Origin: a virus
Strand: one strand, 5' to 3'
Length of the DNA stretch: 64,000 nt
IMG/VR virus record: IMGVR_UViG_3300026533_000002
Coordinates: 32,001 to 96,000 of that record
Shown one piece after another: positions 20,368-30,374 of the stretch (the stretch's first letter is position 1; each line of letters begins with the position of its first letter). The position numbers were made by a program, and so were the translations under genes. Under the pieces are notes generated by a model. The model did not search any database. It was not told the origin of the DNA and saw only the letters and a list, made by a program, of their open reading frames with translations.

Positions 20368-21699
20368 TTAGTGAGATCCCCACCAATCCGGGCTCACTAA
20401 TACCTCGCCCGTGAAGGTGCATTGCATACCTAATTGTCTTGATATGCTTTCGTACGTACCTGCTATGGCTTCTGTTAGTAAGTCTATACAGTCGTTCCTG
20501 ACTAGGTAATCAGTCTCATCGTATATAGTAGCTTGAAGTTTGAAATGCACACCATGCACTAGTCCTAAAGCTTTAGCTCTAGCCATCATAGTTGTAAGGA
20601 AGTACTTCATAGCCTCGCCACCTTGTCCTTGAGTAGCGCTGTTTAAAGCTGCATGAGCATGTCTTACTTCAATCCTTCTACCTCCGAACATTGTAAGGTA
20701 CCCATTTTCTTTGGCTTCAGCCTTCAAGTCTTTGATAAGTTCTGCTAGACCTGTTGTAGATTTGATTAGTTTATCTTGTGTATGTTTACCGAAGATAGCT
20801 TGTATTACTACTTGATCAGTGAAAGGTACCATTGTATCCTTCTTAATAGGGTAGAACGAGACTCCCTCAATTACAATAACTCTCCGCTCTAGTTTCTTTT
20901 TCATTGCTTGAAACTCAATAACAGTATACTTAGCGTATTTATCTTCACCTAGCAATGTGTACCCAGTCAATGTAGGCGAAGACCCGAATAAAAATCCGAA
21001 CCAGAGAGGTTTCGACTGCCCTCTAGTAACATTACACGCTTTAGCGTTAATACTATGTAAATCAGTTCCATTACTTTTGTCACCAGCTACAATTATATCT
21101 CGTAACCTGCCTCCGTCATAAGGTAGAAGAAGTTCAGCTAAGACAACATTTTCCTGACCATCAAAGTCCGAGCCTAAGAAGCTCCATCCTTTCGGCGCAG
21201 CAAATAACTTTCTAAATTCCTGCTGAGCAGGGTACTGTGCTATGTTGGGTGAACTATACCCAAAGCGGCCTGTCACAGCAGTATTAGTGTCACAACGCGA
21301 GTGTAGAGTATTTGTAGCTAAGTTAACTTTACTAAGTATAGACCCCTTATCCCCACCAACTTGACTCTGATCCTTAACTACTTTGAGATATCTCTTCATC
21401 ATCTTACCTGCTGGGTGTTCCATACCTTCTAAACTATCTACATCTACTTTTACATTACCTGCAGCAGTATAATAAGGGAAAGTGTAGCTATAATCTTCTT
21501 CCATCCACCTCTTTATATGGTTCCTAGAACCAGGATTAAAAGGTGTATATACTATAGGCTGATGTTCACCATTCTTAATTACATTAATAGTCCTCATAGG
21601 TCTATCAAACCATTTAATAGTCTTTACTTTTACTAATTTAGTAGTTCCATTCTTATACTTCTTAAGATAAGGTATAGTGTATGGACTTAGTTTATTCAC
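20368..21699 (-). CDS. family A (T7-like) DNA polymerase, C-terminal polymerase half
   Basis: FNPGSR-x-HI, TGR-x-x-x-SSPN-x-AQ-x-P, GSDFDGQE (A), R-x-x-x-K-x-x-x-FGFLFG (B), IYDE (C), W-x-x-x-H terminus. Confidence 0.9.
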   Translation of the reverse strand: MNKLSPYTIPYLKKYKNGTTKLVKVKTIKWFDRPMRTINVIKNGEHQPIVYTPFNPGSRNHIKRWMEEDYSYTFPYYTAAGNVKVDVDSLEGMEHPAGKMMKRYLKVVKDQSQVGGDKGSILSKVNLATNTLHSRCDTNTAVTGRFGYSSPNIAQYPAQQEFRKLFAAPKGWSFLGSDFDGQENVVLAELLLPYDGGRLRDIIVAGDKSNGTDLHSINAKACNVTRGQSKPLWFGFLFGSSPTLTGYTLLGEDKYAKYTVIEFQAMKKKLERRVIVIEGVSFYPIKKDTMVPFTDQVVIQAIFGKHTQDKLIKSTTGLAELIKDLKAEAKENGYLTMFGGRRIEVRHAHAALNSATQGQGGEAMKYFLTTMMARAKALGLVHGVHFKLQATIYDETDYLVRNDCIDLLTEAIAGTYESISRQLGMQCTFTGEVLVSPDWWGSH

Positions 21700-22019
21700 T
21701 ACTTAGCCTTAACAGCTCTGTACCTAGTACCTTGATACATAATACTTTTACTAGATTTTACTATAGGAGTATTGAAATCCTTCTCAGCTTTTAACTTCTT
21801 AATACGCTTTATATTAGCTTTTAAAGTATTAGGATGTTGATCTCTCTGTAATCCTTCCTTAGCTGCCCATTGTCTTACTGTTGAAGTAGATACTCCTCTA
21901 GTAAGGCCTATCTCTCTAGCAGTCATCTTAGGCTTACCTTTTCTAGTAGCTTTCCAATCTTTGATAGTTGCTTGTTTAACTTCTTCTGAGAATCTACTTC
22001 CATTCATTATTGTTTTCAT
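21699..22019 (-). CDS. helix-turn-helix protein
   Basis: AREIGLTRGVSTSTVRQW. Confidence 0.65.
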   Translation of the reverse strand: MKTIMNGSRFSEEVKQATIKDWKATRKGKPKMTAREIGLTRGVSTSTVRQWAAKEGLQRDQHPNTLKANIKRIKKLKAEKDFNTPIVKSSKSIMYQGTRYRAVKAK

Positions 22020-22041
22020 TATTATCCTTTATAATTGTTAT

Positions 22042-23079
22042 TTACCACTTATACTCTACCATCTCTATCAATAAAGTATCTAAGGTCTTTTTATCTGGTT
22101 CACTAGGTAGCTTAGAACGTGACAGTTCTATGTCAATAGCATCTAATACACTCTCTACTTTATCCACTACTGAAGATAAGTCATGTTTACCTTCTTTTAT
22201 CTCTTTAATATAAGATGCTTCAGCTAAAGGGAATACTATAAACTCATTAGTTAGAAGTTCTAATGCCTCACTAGCAATCCTATAACTATGAGATAAAGCC
22301 TTAAAATCAGTCTTAGAAGGTGTGTTAGCTATAGTCTTAGTTCTATTACCAAACTGTCTATATTGATATAAACACTTATCAGAGAAGTACTCTAATGTTA
22401 CTGTACCTAGGAATAGTTTACCTAGTACAGATATATACTCTCTATTACCTTCATATGTGTCTCTATTAGCTTTAGCCATCACAAACTTAATATACTTAAA
22501 GTCATTATCTTTTATAAGTTGTTTCAGGTCATCGTATCTAGTCTCTAGCTTATCTTTATGGTCAGTGCCATAATTAACTCTAAAGTTATTAATAAGAGTG
22601 TCCAGTTCTTTATACCTAGCACCTTTAATTCCAAACTTCTTTGTTTGTCCTAGAGCATAACCTATAAAGCTCTTCATACTACTGTTAAGAAAGTCTTTAT
22701 AGTTTCTACGGATAGAAGCTGTGAACACTATATCCTCGTACATAATAGTATCTGGTCTCCACATACTAAATAATAGATCTATAGCACCAGTCTCTGATTT
22801 AGATAACTGACTAAAGAATCTATGAATAGACATTAGACTAAAGTCAATGTCATCTTCACCATTCTTATCTGTTGTATTATTACTGTTAGATGAGTAGTGG
22901 TCTACTGAGTCAGCTAATAGTAATGACCTCTTACTAGGTATAAACACACCTTTAAAATCAGAGTCACTAGTAGGAGAATCAGTGCCATATAACTTAGATC
23001 CTGTATAACTAACATACACTACCTTATTACCAGTAAGTCTCTCAAACTCCTCTATCTTTTGCACTACTAAATTCTTCAC
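22042..23079 (-). CDS. RlaP-like Pol-beta-superfamily nucleotidyltransferase
   Basis: GSKLYGT-x-x-x-x-SDSDFKGVF, GYA-x-x-Q, KALSH-x-x-R. Confidence 0.85.
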   Translation of the reverse strand: MKNLVVQKIEEFERLTGNKVVYVSYTGSKLYGTDSPTSDSDFKGVFIPSKRSLLLADSVDHYSSNSNNTTDKNGEDDIDFSLMSIHRFFSQLSKSETGAIDLLFSMWRPDTIMYEDIVFTASIRRNYKDFLNSSMKSFIGYALGQTKKFGIKGARYKELDTLINNFRVNYGTDHKDKLETRYDDLKQLIKDNDFKYIKFVMAKANRDTYEGNREYISVLGKLFLGTVTLEYFSDKCLYQYRQFGNRTKTIANTPSKTDFKALSHSYRIASEALELLTNEFIVFPLAEASYIKEIKEGKHDLSSVVDKVESVLDAIDIELSRSKLPSEPDKKTLDTLLIEMVEYKW

Positions 23080-24253
23080 TTACAATCCTTATATGTTCTC
23101 TATGAACATGTTGTTTAATAGCATCATTAGAAGGTCTAACCTCTAAAGAATCTAACCACCTCTTAGGTGAGTAACTTTTCATTCTAGATATAGCAGATGT
23201 AAACATAATCTCATCTTTAGAATCAAAAGTACGTTTATCTACTGTTGAGTCTCTGCCCATTACATCAGCATTAGCAAACCTTAATAGGTCAATTATAGAC
23301 TCATTAGTAAACTTCTTTAAGAGTATTACTTTTCTACTATCTCTATTAGAGTGTATAAGAAATATCCTAATATGGTTACTAATTATAAGTAATACATCAT
23401 TAGATAGTTTAGAAGGGAGCTTTAAAGACTTTAACTCTGACTCTATCAACTCACTCTTTTCATGCCCATGTGCACTACCTTTGGCAGCATACAGCAGAGG
23501 CTTTCCAATATCATGGTAAATAGCAGCTAACTTTAAAGTAGTACTATCTACTAAATCTAATACTCTCATACTATGCTCATACACGGACTTCTCTTGATGG
23601 TAGGCACTATCTTCTACACACTTAGTCATTAAGTAGATCTTAGGAAATATAACATCTAGTACTCCTAAATCTTTTAATGTATCAAAGAATATTCTAGAGT
23701 TAGGTAAAGCTAATGCTTTCATTAACTCCATTGTAACTCTTTCCTGTACTAACCCTTCTAGACAATGCTTCATTGTGAGAACTAATTTCTTAGTCTCTTC
23801 AGCAATAGTAAAGTCAGGTAGCATAGTCTTAAATCTGGCTAACCTTAGTACCCTAACCGGGTCTTCTTTGAAAGCTTCAGAAGTATGTCTTAGTACTTTA
23901 GCTTTAATATCATCGTAACCGTTGTAAGGATCTATAAGAATACCATCTTCAGATAACGCTATTGAGTTCATAGTTAAATCTCTTCTTAGTAAATCATCCT
24001 CTATACTAATATCTTCTACATCTACAGCAAAGTCTGTATACCCTCTACCTGTTGACTTCTCTGATCTAGCTAAAGCTATTTCGTTACCATTACCATCTAA
24101 GAACACTGGGAAACTATTGCCTACTTTCTTATGAGTAGGGAACTGTTTCATGTAAGATTCTACATTGTAACCTGTAACTACATAATCTACATCAGAAGGA
24201 GGTCTGTCTAAGATTGTATCTCTAACATACCCTCCTACTGTGTACTTAACCAT
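23042..24253 (-). CDS. cca: CCA-adding tRNA nucleotidyltransferase with HD domain
   Basis: VGGYVRD, DVD, ALAR-x-E, DLLRRDLT-x-N, EDPVRVLR-x-ARF, ER, H...HDIGK. Confidence 0.9.
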   Translation of the reverse strand: MVKYTVGGYVRDTILDRPPSDVDYVVTGYNVESYMKQFPTHKKVGNSFPVFLDGNGNEIALARSEKSTGRGYTDFAVDVEDISIEDDLLRRDLTMNSIALSEDGILIDPYNGYDDIKAKVLRHTSEAFKEDPVRVLRLARFKTMLPDFTIAEETKKLVLTMKHCLEGLVQERVTMELMKALALPNSRIFFDTLKDLGVLDVIFPKIYLMTKCVEDSAYHQEKSVYEHSMRVLDLVDSTTLKLAAIYHDIGKPLLYAAKGSAHGHEKSELIESELKSLKLPSKLSNDVLLIISNHIRIFLIHSNRDSRKVILLKKFTNESIIDLLRFANADVMGRDSTVDKRTFDSKDEIMFTSAISRMKSYSPKRWLDSLEVRPSNDAIKQHVHREHIRIVSEEFSSAKDRGV

Positions 24254-25370
24254 TACAGTTTTGTACTACAGAATCAGCTAAAGTAGAAGCCATAGTTAGC
24301 GCTTGATCTGTCATAGTAAGTATCTCTTCACTTCCACTTGTTACTGATAAACTAGCCATATGGTTAAGTAACCTATGAGCTTGAGCTTCTACACTATTAC
24401 TCTCAGGCAAGTCATATAACTCTGTTATTTCTTTAGCTGTAACTGCAGGCTCAATAGTTGAAGTTCCATCAGTTAATCTAAAGTACGTTTCACCAAACAT
24501 AGAATCCATAGCTTCAATAACTAAGCCATTTCTGAACTCTGTACCAATTTCCAACTTAACTAGAGAAAACCTAGAAGTAAACTCATCAATAGCTAGCTTT
24601 TGTTTGAACCCAGAAGAGTACATTACATTAGTACTATTAACAGCATCTACATGATATAATATACCGTTATGAGAGGCCCATACTTGCCCTTCACGGACTT
24701 CTATCTCTTCAGACGACTCATTACCTACCTCAGGCTCTTCTAGCTCTCTAGACTCATCTGTGTGCATTTCAGCAGGTGTTGTGTCGGTAAAGTCATAAGT
24801 ATTATCAACTAAGTCACTGTAATGTAGGATATTCTCTAGTATTAGTAAACTAACACCTCTTACCTTAAAATTACATACTCTACCATCAATCTCACTAGCA
24901 TCAATAGTTTTAGGTATAGTAACTCTGTAAGACTCTTTACTAGGTAACATAGTAAGGTACATAGACTTAGTCTTAACGTTATGATTAGCTACTACTACTT
25001 CTGCAGTAAACTCTTTAGGTAAATCTTTAATATTAGTTACAGTAGCTTTAGAAGGAGTCTTACCAACTTCAACTTCTCCACTATTGTCAACATGTTCACC
25101 CAATAAGATTAGTTGATTAACATTGTACTCATGGTTATAAAGTATGGCTACTGAGTAAGTCTTACCTATCTCTAGCTCTTCGTTCTTCCAAGAAGAGTTA
25201 TTAGGCTTATTAACAGTTACTGTAGTTAAGGCTCCATCGACAGCCACTGTTAAAGTCAGTGTGTACTGAGTACCATAGTTAGTAGTTACTTCGTCTATAT
25301 CAATTAGATTAATTCTAAAGTTCTCTTCACCAATAAGTTCTTTTAATTCAGTTATTTTTGTTACGTGCAT
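24246..25370 (-). CDS. hypothetical beta-rich multidomain protein
   Basis: 374-aa ORF with AAGGA RBS; no recognised motif. Confidence 0.6.
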   Translation of the reverse strand: MHVTKITELKELIGEENFRINLIDIDEVTTNYGTQYTLTLTVAVDGALTTVTVNKPNNSSWKNEELEIGKTYSVAILYNHEYNVNQLILLGEHVDNSGEVEVGKTPSKATVTNIKDLPKEFTAEVVVANHNVKTKSMYLTMLPSKESYRVTIPKTIDASEIDGRVCNFKVRGVSLLILENILHYSDLVDNTYDFTDTTPAEMHTDESRELEEPEVGNESSEEIEVREGQVWASHNGILYHVDAVNSTNVMYSSGFKQKLAIDEFTSRFSLVKLEIGTEFRNGLVIEAMDSMFGETYFRLTDGTSTIEPAVTAKEITELYDLPESNSVEAQAHRLLNHMASLSVTSGSEEILTMTDQALTMASTLADSVVQNCNG

Positions 25371-25398
25371 TGCTTATCCTTTTATTTTAATATAGCTA

Positions 25399-26211
25399 CT
25401 AAGGAGTACCTAGTAGCTTTACATAGTTATTGTCTGGAAGAAACTTCCTACTAATACTTAGCTTCTTATATGTTTTAACTTTACCATCTGGCAAGAACTT
25501 AGGATCAAATATACTAGTTAATTTAGTATGTAAGTCTAACTTCTCAGCTAATAAGTCATTGTTTAACTCATTAGCTTTATCAATATCAATATAGAAACCA
25601 AAGTGTGTCTGTTCTTGTATAATAGCAGCTGTTTCATGTTCTATTTCAACTACTTTATCTAGCGGAAAGTTATCTTGCTCTAGTAAGAATAATAAGAAGT
25701 TTACAGCTAAGTCAGTATCTCTGTTACAGTAGATAGCCATCTCCTCAGTAAGTCCTGAGAAGTCTTCAAACTCAATCTTACTATCTCCTCCCATTCTCTC
25801 ACCAAAAGCTTTAAGAGAGTACTTTCCCCATAAGCTTTTATCTAATCCTAATCCTGGATCTATAGACATTAAATAATCTTTAGAGAATATAATCTTAGAT
25901 AGAATGAGAGTATCTAATGGTCTAGGTTTTAACTTAATACCTGTTACATTTTCAATAACGGGAACATCAAACCCTACACCATTATGAAATGACATATAAT
26001 CAGCTGTGTTAATTAAAGCTACAGCTTCACCTATACTACCTTTAGAGTATGGAGTCCAGACATTAGTGTATACCTCAGCTAATGTAGGCTTACCATTAAT
26101 AATCATAGCAACAGAAATACAGTATATATCATCTATAAATGATAACCCTTCCTTAGGTATGAGTTGAGTTTCAATATCTAGAACAGCTACAGTAGCGTTA
26201 CTTATATCCAT
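25399..26211 (-). CDS. family A DNA polymerase, N-terminal 3'-5' exonuclease half
   Basis: LDIET (ExoI), HNG-x-x-FD-x-P (ExoII), DTL-x-x-S, SLKAFG-x-R, YC-x-x-D (ExoIII), EH...Q-x-x-x-GF thumb start. Confidence 0.9.
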   Translation of the reverse strand: MDISNATVAVLDIETQLIPKEGLSFIDDIYCISVAMIINGKPTLAEVYTNVWTPYSKGSIGEAVALINTADYMSFHNGVGFDVPVIENVTGIKLKPRPLDTLILSKIIFSKDYLMSIDPGLGLDKSLWGKYSLKAFGERMGGDSKIEFEDFSGLTEEMAIYCNRDTDLAVNFLLFLLEQDNFPLDKVVEIEHETAAIIQEQTHFGFYIDIDKANELNNDLLAEKLDLHTKLTSIFDPKFLPDGKVKTYKKLSISRKFLPDNNYVKLLGTP

Positions 26212-26855
26212 TAATCATATGAACTAGAGCTACTACTTGAATCTGAACTTGAGCTAGAGTAGCTATCTGAAGAATCAGATGAACTGTAACTGCTGCTAGA
26301 AGAGTAACTTGACCCACTAGAATAACTAGAGTAGCTAGGCTCTATGTAACCTCCAGGAGTTGTAGTAAACGAAGAGTTATCAACGGAATACTCACTGACT
26401 GTTTCAGTTACCTCGTCTATCCTACTGACAAGTTCATTAACTGTACTAGGCAGGGTATCAGGTACGTCATCACTTAGATCAATTACTTCAGATTCCTTAG
26501 GAGTAGCATAAGAAGATTTACATAAGTCTTCTAAGCTATTAGGAGGTACTGCAATATACCCAACATAAGTTTTACTAAACTCTCTATAAGCGTCAGTATC
26601 TTCATCAGCAAATAATACCCATAAGGTTATTACATCATTACCTATGCTACAATGTGAGCCGTCAACTATACCTCTAAAGTTATACTTAAAATTATACATA
26701 GCTTTAAGAGTCCTATTAGTTCCTAACTTCTTATTAGCTTTAACTAATACTTTAGAAGGGAACTTATACTCCATAACACTTTCATCTTCAGAGTAACCTT
26801 TACTGTCGTTCTTGTTAAATAACCACCTAAACGCTCTTTTAAGTACATCTATCAT
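26211..26855 (-). CDS. hypothetical protein with Ser-rich tail
   Basis: C-terminal ~40 aa of S/Y/D low complexity. Confidence 0.6.
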   Translation of the reverse strand: MIDVLKRAFRWLFNKNDSKGYSEDESVMEYKFPSKVLVKANKKLGTNRTLKAMYNFKYNFRGIVDGSHCSIGNDVITLWVLFADEDTDAYREFSKTYVGYIAVPPNSLEDLCKSSYATPKESEVIDLSDDVPDTLPSTVNELVSRIDEVTETVSEYSVDNSSFTTTPGGYIEPSYSSYSSGSSYSSSSSYSSSDSSDSYSSSSSDSSSSSSSYD

Positions 26856-29800
26856 ATGTTTTCCTTAGTTAATTTAGCTATTGAGTCTACTATATTCTTA
26901 TACTTATCTTTAGCATACTCAGCCTTCTTAACTAGAGTTTTCTCTACCTTAAGTGTAGTAGTAGTATCCTCTAGTTTAGACTCTAAATCAGCTATGCTAG
27001 TTGCTTGTATGTTAATAGTATTATCTTTGTCTGCTATCAGGCTCTGTAAGCTCTTTATAGTTTCCTCAGAAGCCTTAGTACTAGTATTAACTAATTCCTC
27101 AACAGTAGTATCTAAATGTAGCTTAAGATCCTTACATAATATATCAGCAACTATAGGTTTACTAGCTAATTTTTCACTAGCCTCAGCAGCCTTACGAAGA
27201 GACTCAACTTCAATCATTAGTCTCTTATTGTCTACCTCTAGCTTATCTTTATCCAATATAAGTTGTTGGTCAGGTACTAGTGAATCCATACTTGCATATA
27301 GTTGATTAATATCCTTAGATAAGTAATAAGCTTTAATAAGAGTATTATATAACTCCTCTGCAGTATCACTTGGATCTATAGAGTTCTCTATATCAGTAAG
27401 CCTCTGTTGAAGCTCACTAATCTTATTCATCACCTTGTTCCTGTTTGAACTGAAGCTCTGGATATATTACACTCTCAAACTTATCTTTAAGAGCTGCTAA
27501 GTTATTGTAAGCTTCTTCAGAATCTAAATACTCTTTAATAGGGCCACTGGCATCTTGCATATCAGCTAAGAATCTAAGTGCTGCTGGGTTATCAGATTCA
27601 AACACAGTCTCAGCAATAATGTCATAGAATATCTTCCAGTCTCCTAACATCGAATGAGCTTGTAACATCTTTTCAACATACTCTGTTTTACCAACAGTAT
27701 TAATACTACTAGCTTGATGAACATCATCATCAGACATAGAGTATTCATCTGCTAACCAATCCATAAGAGCTTTCTTCTTCAATGTCTCTATATTTAAAGT
27801 AGCAGTAGACATCTTCTTAACAGTTCTACCTGTATCTTCAGTAGCTTTCTTTAGATTATCTGCAGTTAGCTTACCGTATTTAGCAATACACACATCACAT
27901 AAGGCTAATGAGTCTTCTACATCTTGTGTAAGGTATTCACTAGCTGATAGAGACATAGCTACCATATACTTAGCTTTCACAGCTTCTAGAACCTCTCTCT
28001 TCTGTAAGTAACTTATGTACAGTTCAGAAGTTTCTACTGTGTACCCTAACTCATGTACAGCTTGTTCATAAGCTTGAATAGTTAAGTTAGTACTCAACAT
28101 AAACAATACAGAACCTTTACCAAAGTACATTAACTCCTTAGAAAAGGCATCAACTCTCTCTAACTGAGCTAATGCCCACTTAACATCAACGACTCCATCA
28201 TCTGGCAGTATGACACCAGTATCTATTTCTTTTACTTCATTCATTATTATCCTTTTAACACTGTTACCAATGTTTTATCTTTAACTACACCAACTACACC
28301 TTTAAATAAGCTATACCTGCCATCTTGCAATGTATCCATAGTATAAAGTTGACGTATCAATGCCTTATAAAGCATCTTAGAAACATCTGCATTAGTAAGT
28401 TTATTATTAATACGTTCTTTATACCTGTGTACTGCATGGGCAGATACTGCCAATTCATTGTAGATAGTTGCTTCACTAGACTTCTTGTCAGCGAGCATAT
28501 CTTCTAACTTCTGTAACTTACTATGAAGCTTACTATTAGTAACCTTCAGTGAAAGCCCTTCATCCATTAGTTCATATACTTTCTCCCTAGAAGCTGCTAA
28601 TAACTTTACAGAAGGGCATAGCCAATTTCTTATCTTATCAATCATCTACTTTAACCTCATAGGTATACTTCTTTATAGTTCTCTCAGATAGACCTGTAGC
28701 CAAAGTAGCTGCGTGTAGAAACTTCTTATGGCTAGGTGCTATCTTATTAGCTTGTCTCATTATCCTAGCCTTACCTTCTTCTATAGAATCCTTATCAAAA
28801 GGATTTATAGAGTATCTGGTAGTCTTTATAAACCAATATAGACTACCGTATGTTAAAGGTTCGTTAGGGTAATAAGGCCTAGAATTAGGCATCTAATACA
28901 AGGTATGTTGTTGTTTCTGAAGATGCTGCATTTAATTTAACAGCCCATACCTTTAATGAATTAATCTCTGGTAAGTTTAATTTCTTAACTGTACCAGTTG
29001 CATGGTTTACAGATACAAGTGCAGGTCTTTCTATCCCATCTAACCTCTTACTCATGTTAAACATTGGGACAGTATTAGTTTCAAAGTTAAATAAGGTAGA
29101 TACCTTATAGTTAACATAAGTAAAGTCAGAGTGGAAACTACCTTCATCTACAAATACCTTAGACCTATAATCTGTAAAGAACCTATGGAATAATATACTC
29201 ATAGTAATATCATAGGGATTACGCTTATTAAGCATATTAACTGCAGTCTCTACAGCTCTCCTATGGTCTTCATAAGTAACTCTACTTTCATCAGCTATAC
29301 TGCTATAATTTCTACTAGCCCTGTCTTTATCAAAGTGATAGATATCCCTATCAAATCTAGTAATAGTATCTTCACCTTTACGTCTAGGCCTTTCAGCCAT
29401 ACGTCTAAATAGCTCTTCTGCTAATACAACCTGTTTTGTTATAGTATTGTGTTTTATCATTAACTACCTCCTAATGGTAAGATTAATACTAAATTAACAA
29501 CAAACAAGTATCCAAGTAACAGCCTAGTTATAGCTCTTTCCTGCTTATATAGTAGGTAAGTAGTATGAGACATATGCTTATGTAAATAGGCTTTATCTAA
29601 ATCAGAACCATTCCAATATGTAATAAAATCATTAAGCATTATACCTCCCAAGGCTTAGCTAGAGATGCTTCAGCTACTAATGGTTTGATAGCTTTTATAC
29701 TTTCAACCTCGTCTTGTAACTTCTTCTTAGCAGCATCCTTCTCAGCTTGTTCTTTATCTTTAATAGCTTTCTTCTCAGCTCTTTCTAAAGCTCTAGCTTC

Positions 29801-30127
29801 TTTATCAGCTTCCTCAGCTGTCATAGCTTCTAAGCGTTTACTCTCTTCTTCATCGTAAGAATCTATCTGTTCTTGTGTTCTACCAAATGATGGTAGCTTC
29901 ACACCTTTAACAGACTTCTTAGTAACTGGTTTAGTAGCTACATTATCAGGGAACTTGCCTATACTTTGCTTAGAAGAGCTAGAAAGGTCTAAGGTAGGTA
30001 AATATACCTGAACAGAGGGTTTATGCTCTGTAGGTTTTAATTTGGACTCAGGCGAGGTACTGAGCAGCTCCATTACTTTTATTACTTCAGAAGGAGTAAG
30101 TTCTAATGTTATTGATACTTTATTCAT
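26852..30127 (-). CDS. run of seven hypothetical ORFs (26852-27433 coiled coil, 27423-28244, 28247-28645, 28638-28892, 28885-29460, 29460-29651, 29639-30127)
   Basis: Abutting or overlapping minus-strand ORFs, no recognised motifs. Confidence 0.55.
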
Positions 30128-30144
30128 ATATCTCCTTTAATTTA

Positions 30145-30372
30145 AGTTTATGCTAGCTATAGGGCTTCCACCTATAGATGTAGTACCTAGCTATATGTTC
30201 ATAATTACACAAAGTTGCACCTATTATACTTCTATAATTAATCAAGCCTAGGAGTGTCTTTTAGTACTCAGCTTGTATCTGTTAGTAATTCCACCACTAG
30301 TATAGGTTAGTTTTAGCTAAAGCATAACCAGGCTATGCAGGTAGTTTATACTCATAACTGATGGAGTATTTA
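30145..30372 (-). ncRNA. candidate structured RNA / leader (~225 nt)
   Basis: Serial hairpins, 5' pseudoknot candidate, 3' 5+7-bp stem with TGGAAGC loop. Confidence 0.45.
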
Positions 30373-30374
30373 CA

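Noticed and set aside
21699-25399. Group I intron or split intein joining the polymerase halves
   Set aside because: The interval is fully occupied by ordinary genes, and there are no intein terminal motifs on either half
30355-30370. Hammerhead ribozyme core suggested by CTGATGG on the + strand
   Set aside because: Not CTGANGA, and no GAAA with supporting stems
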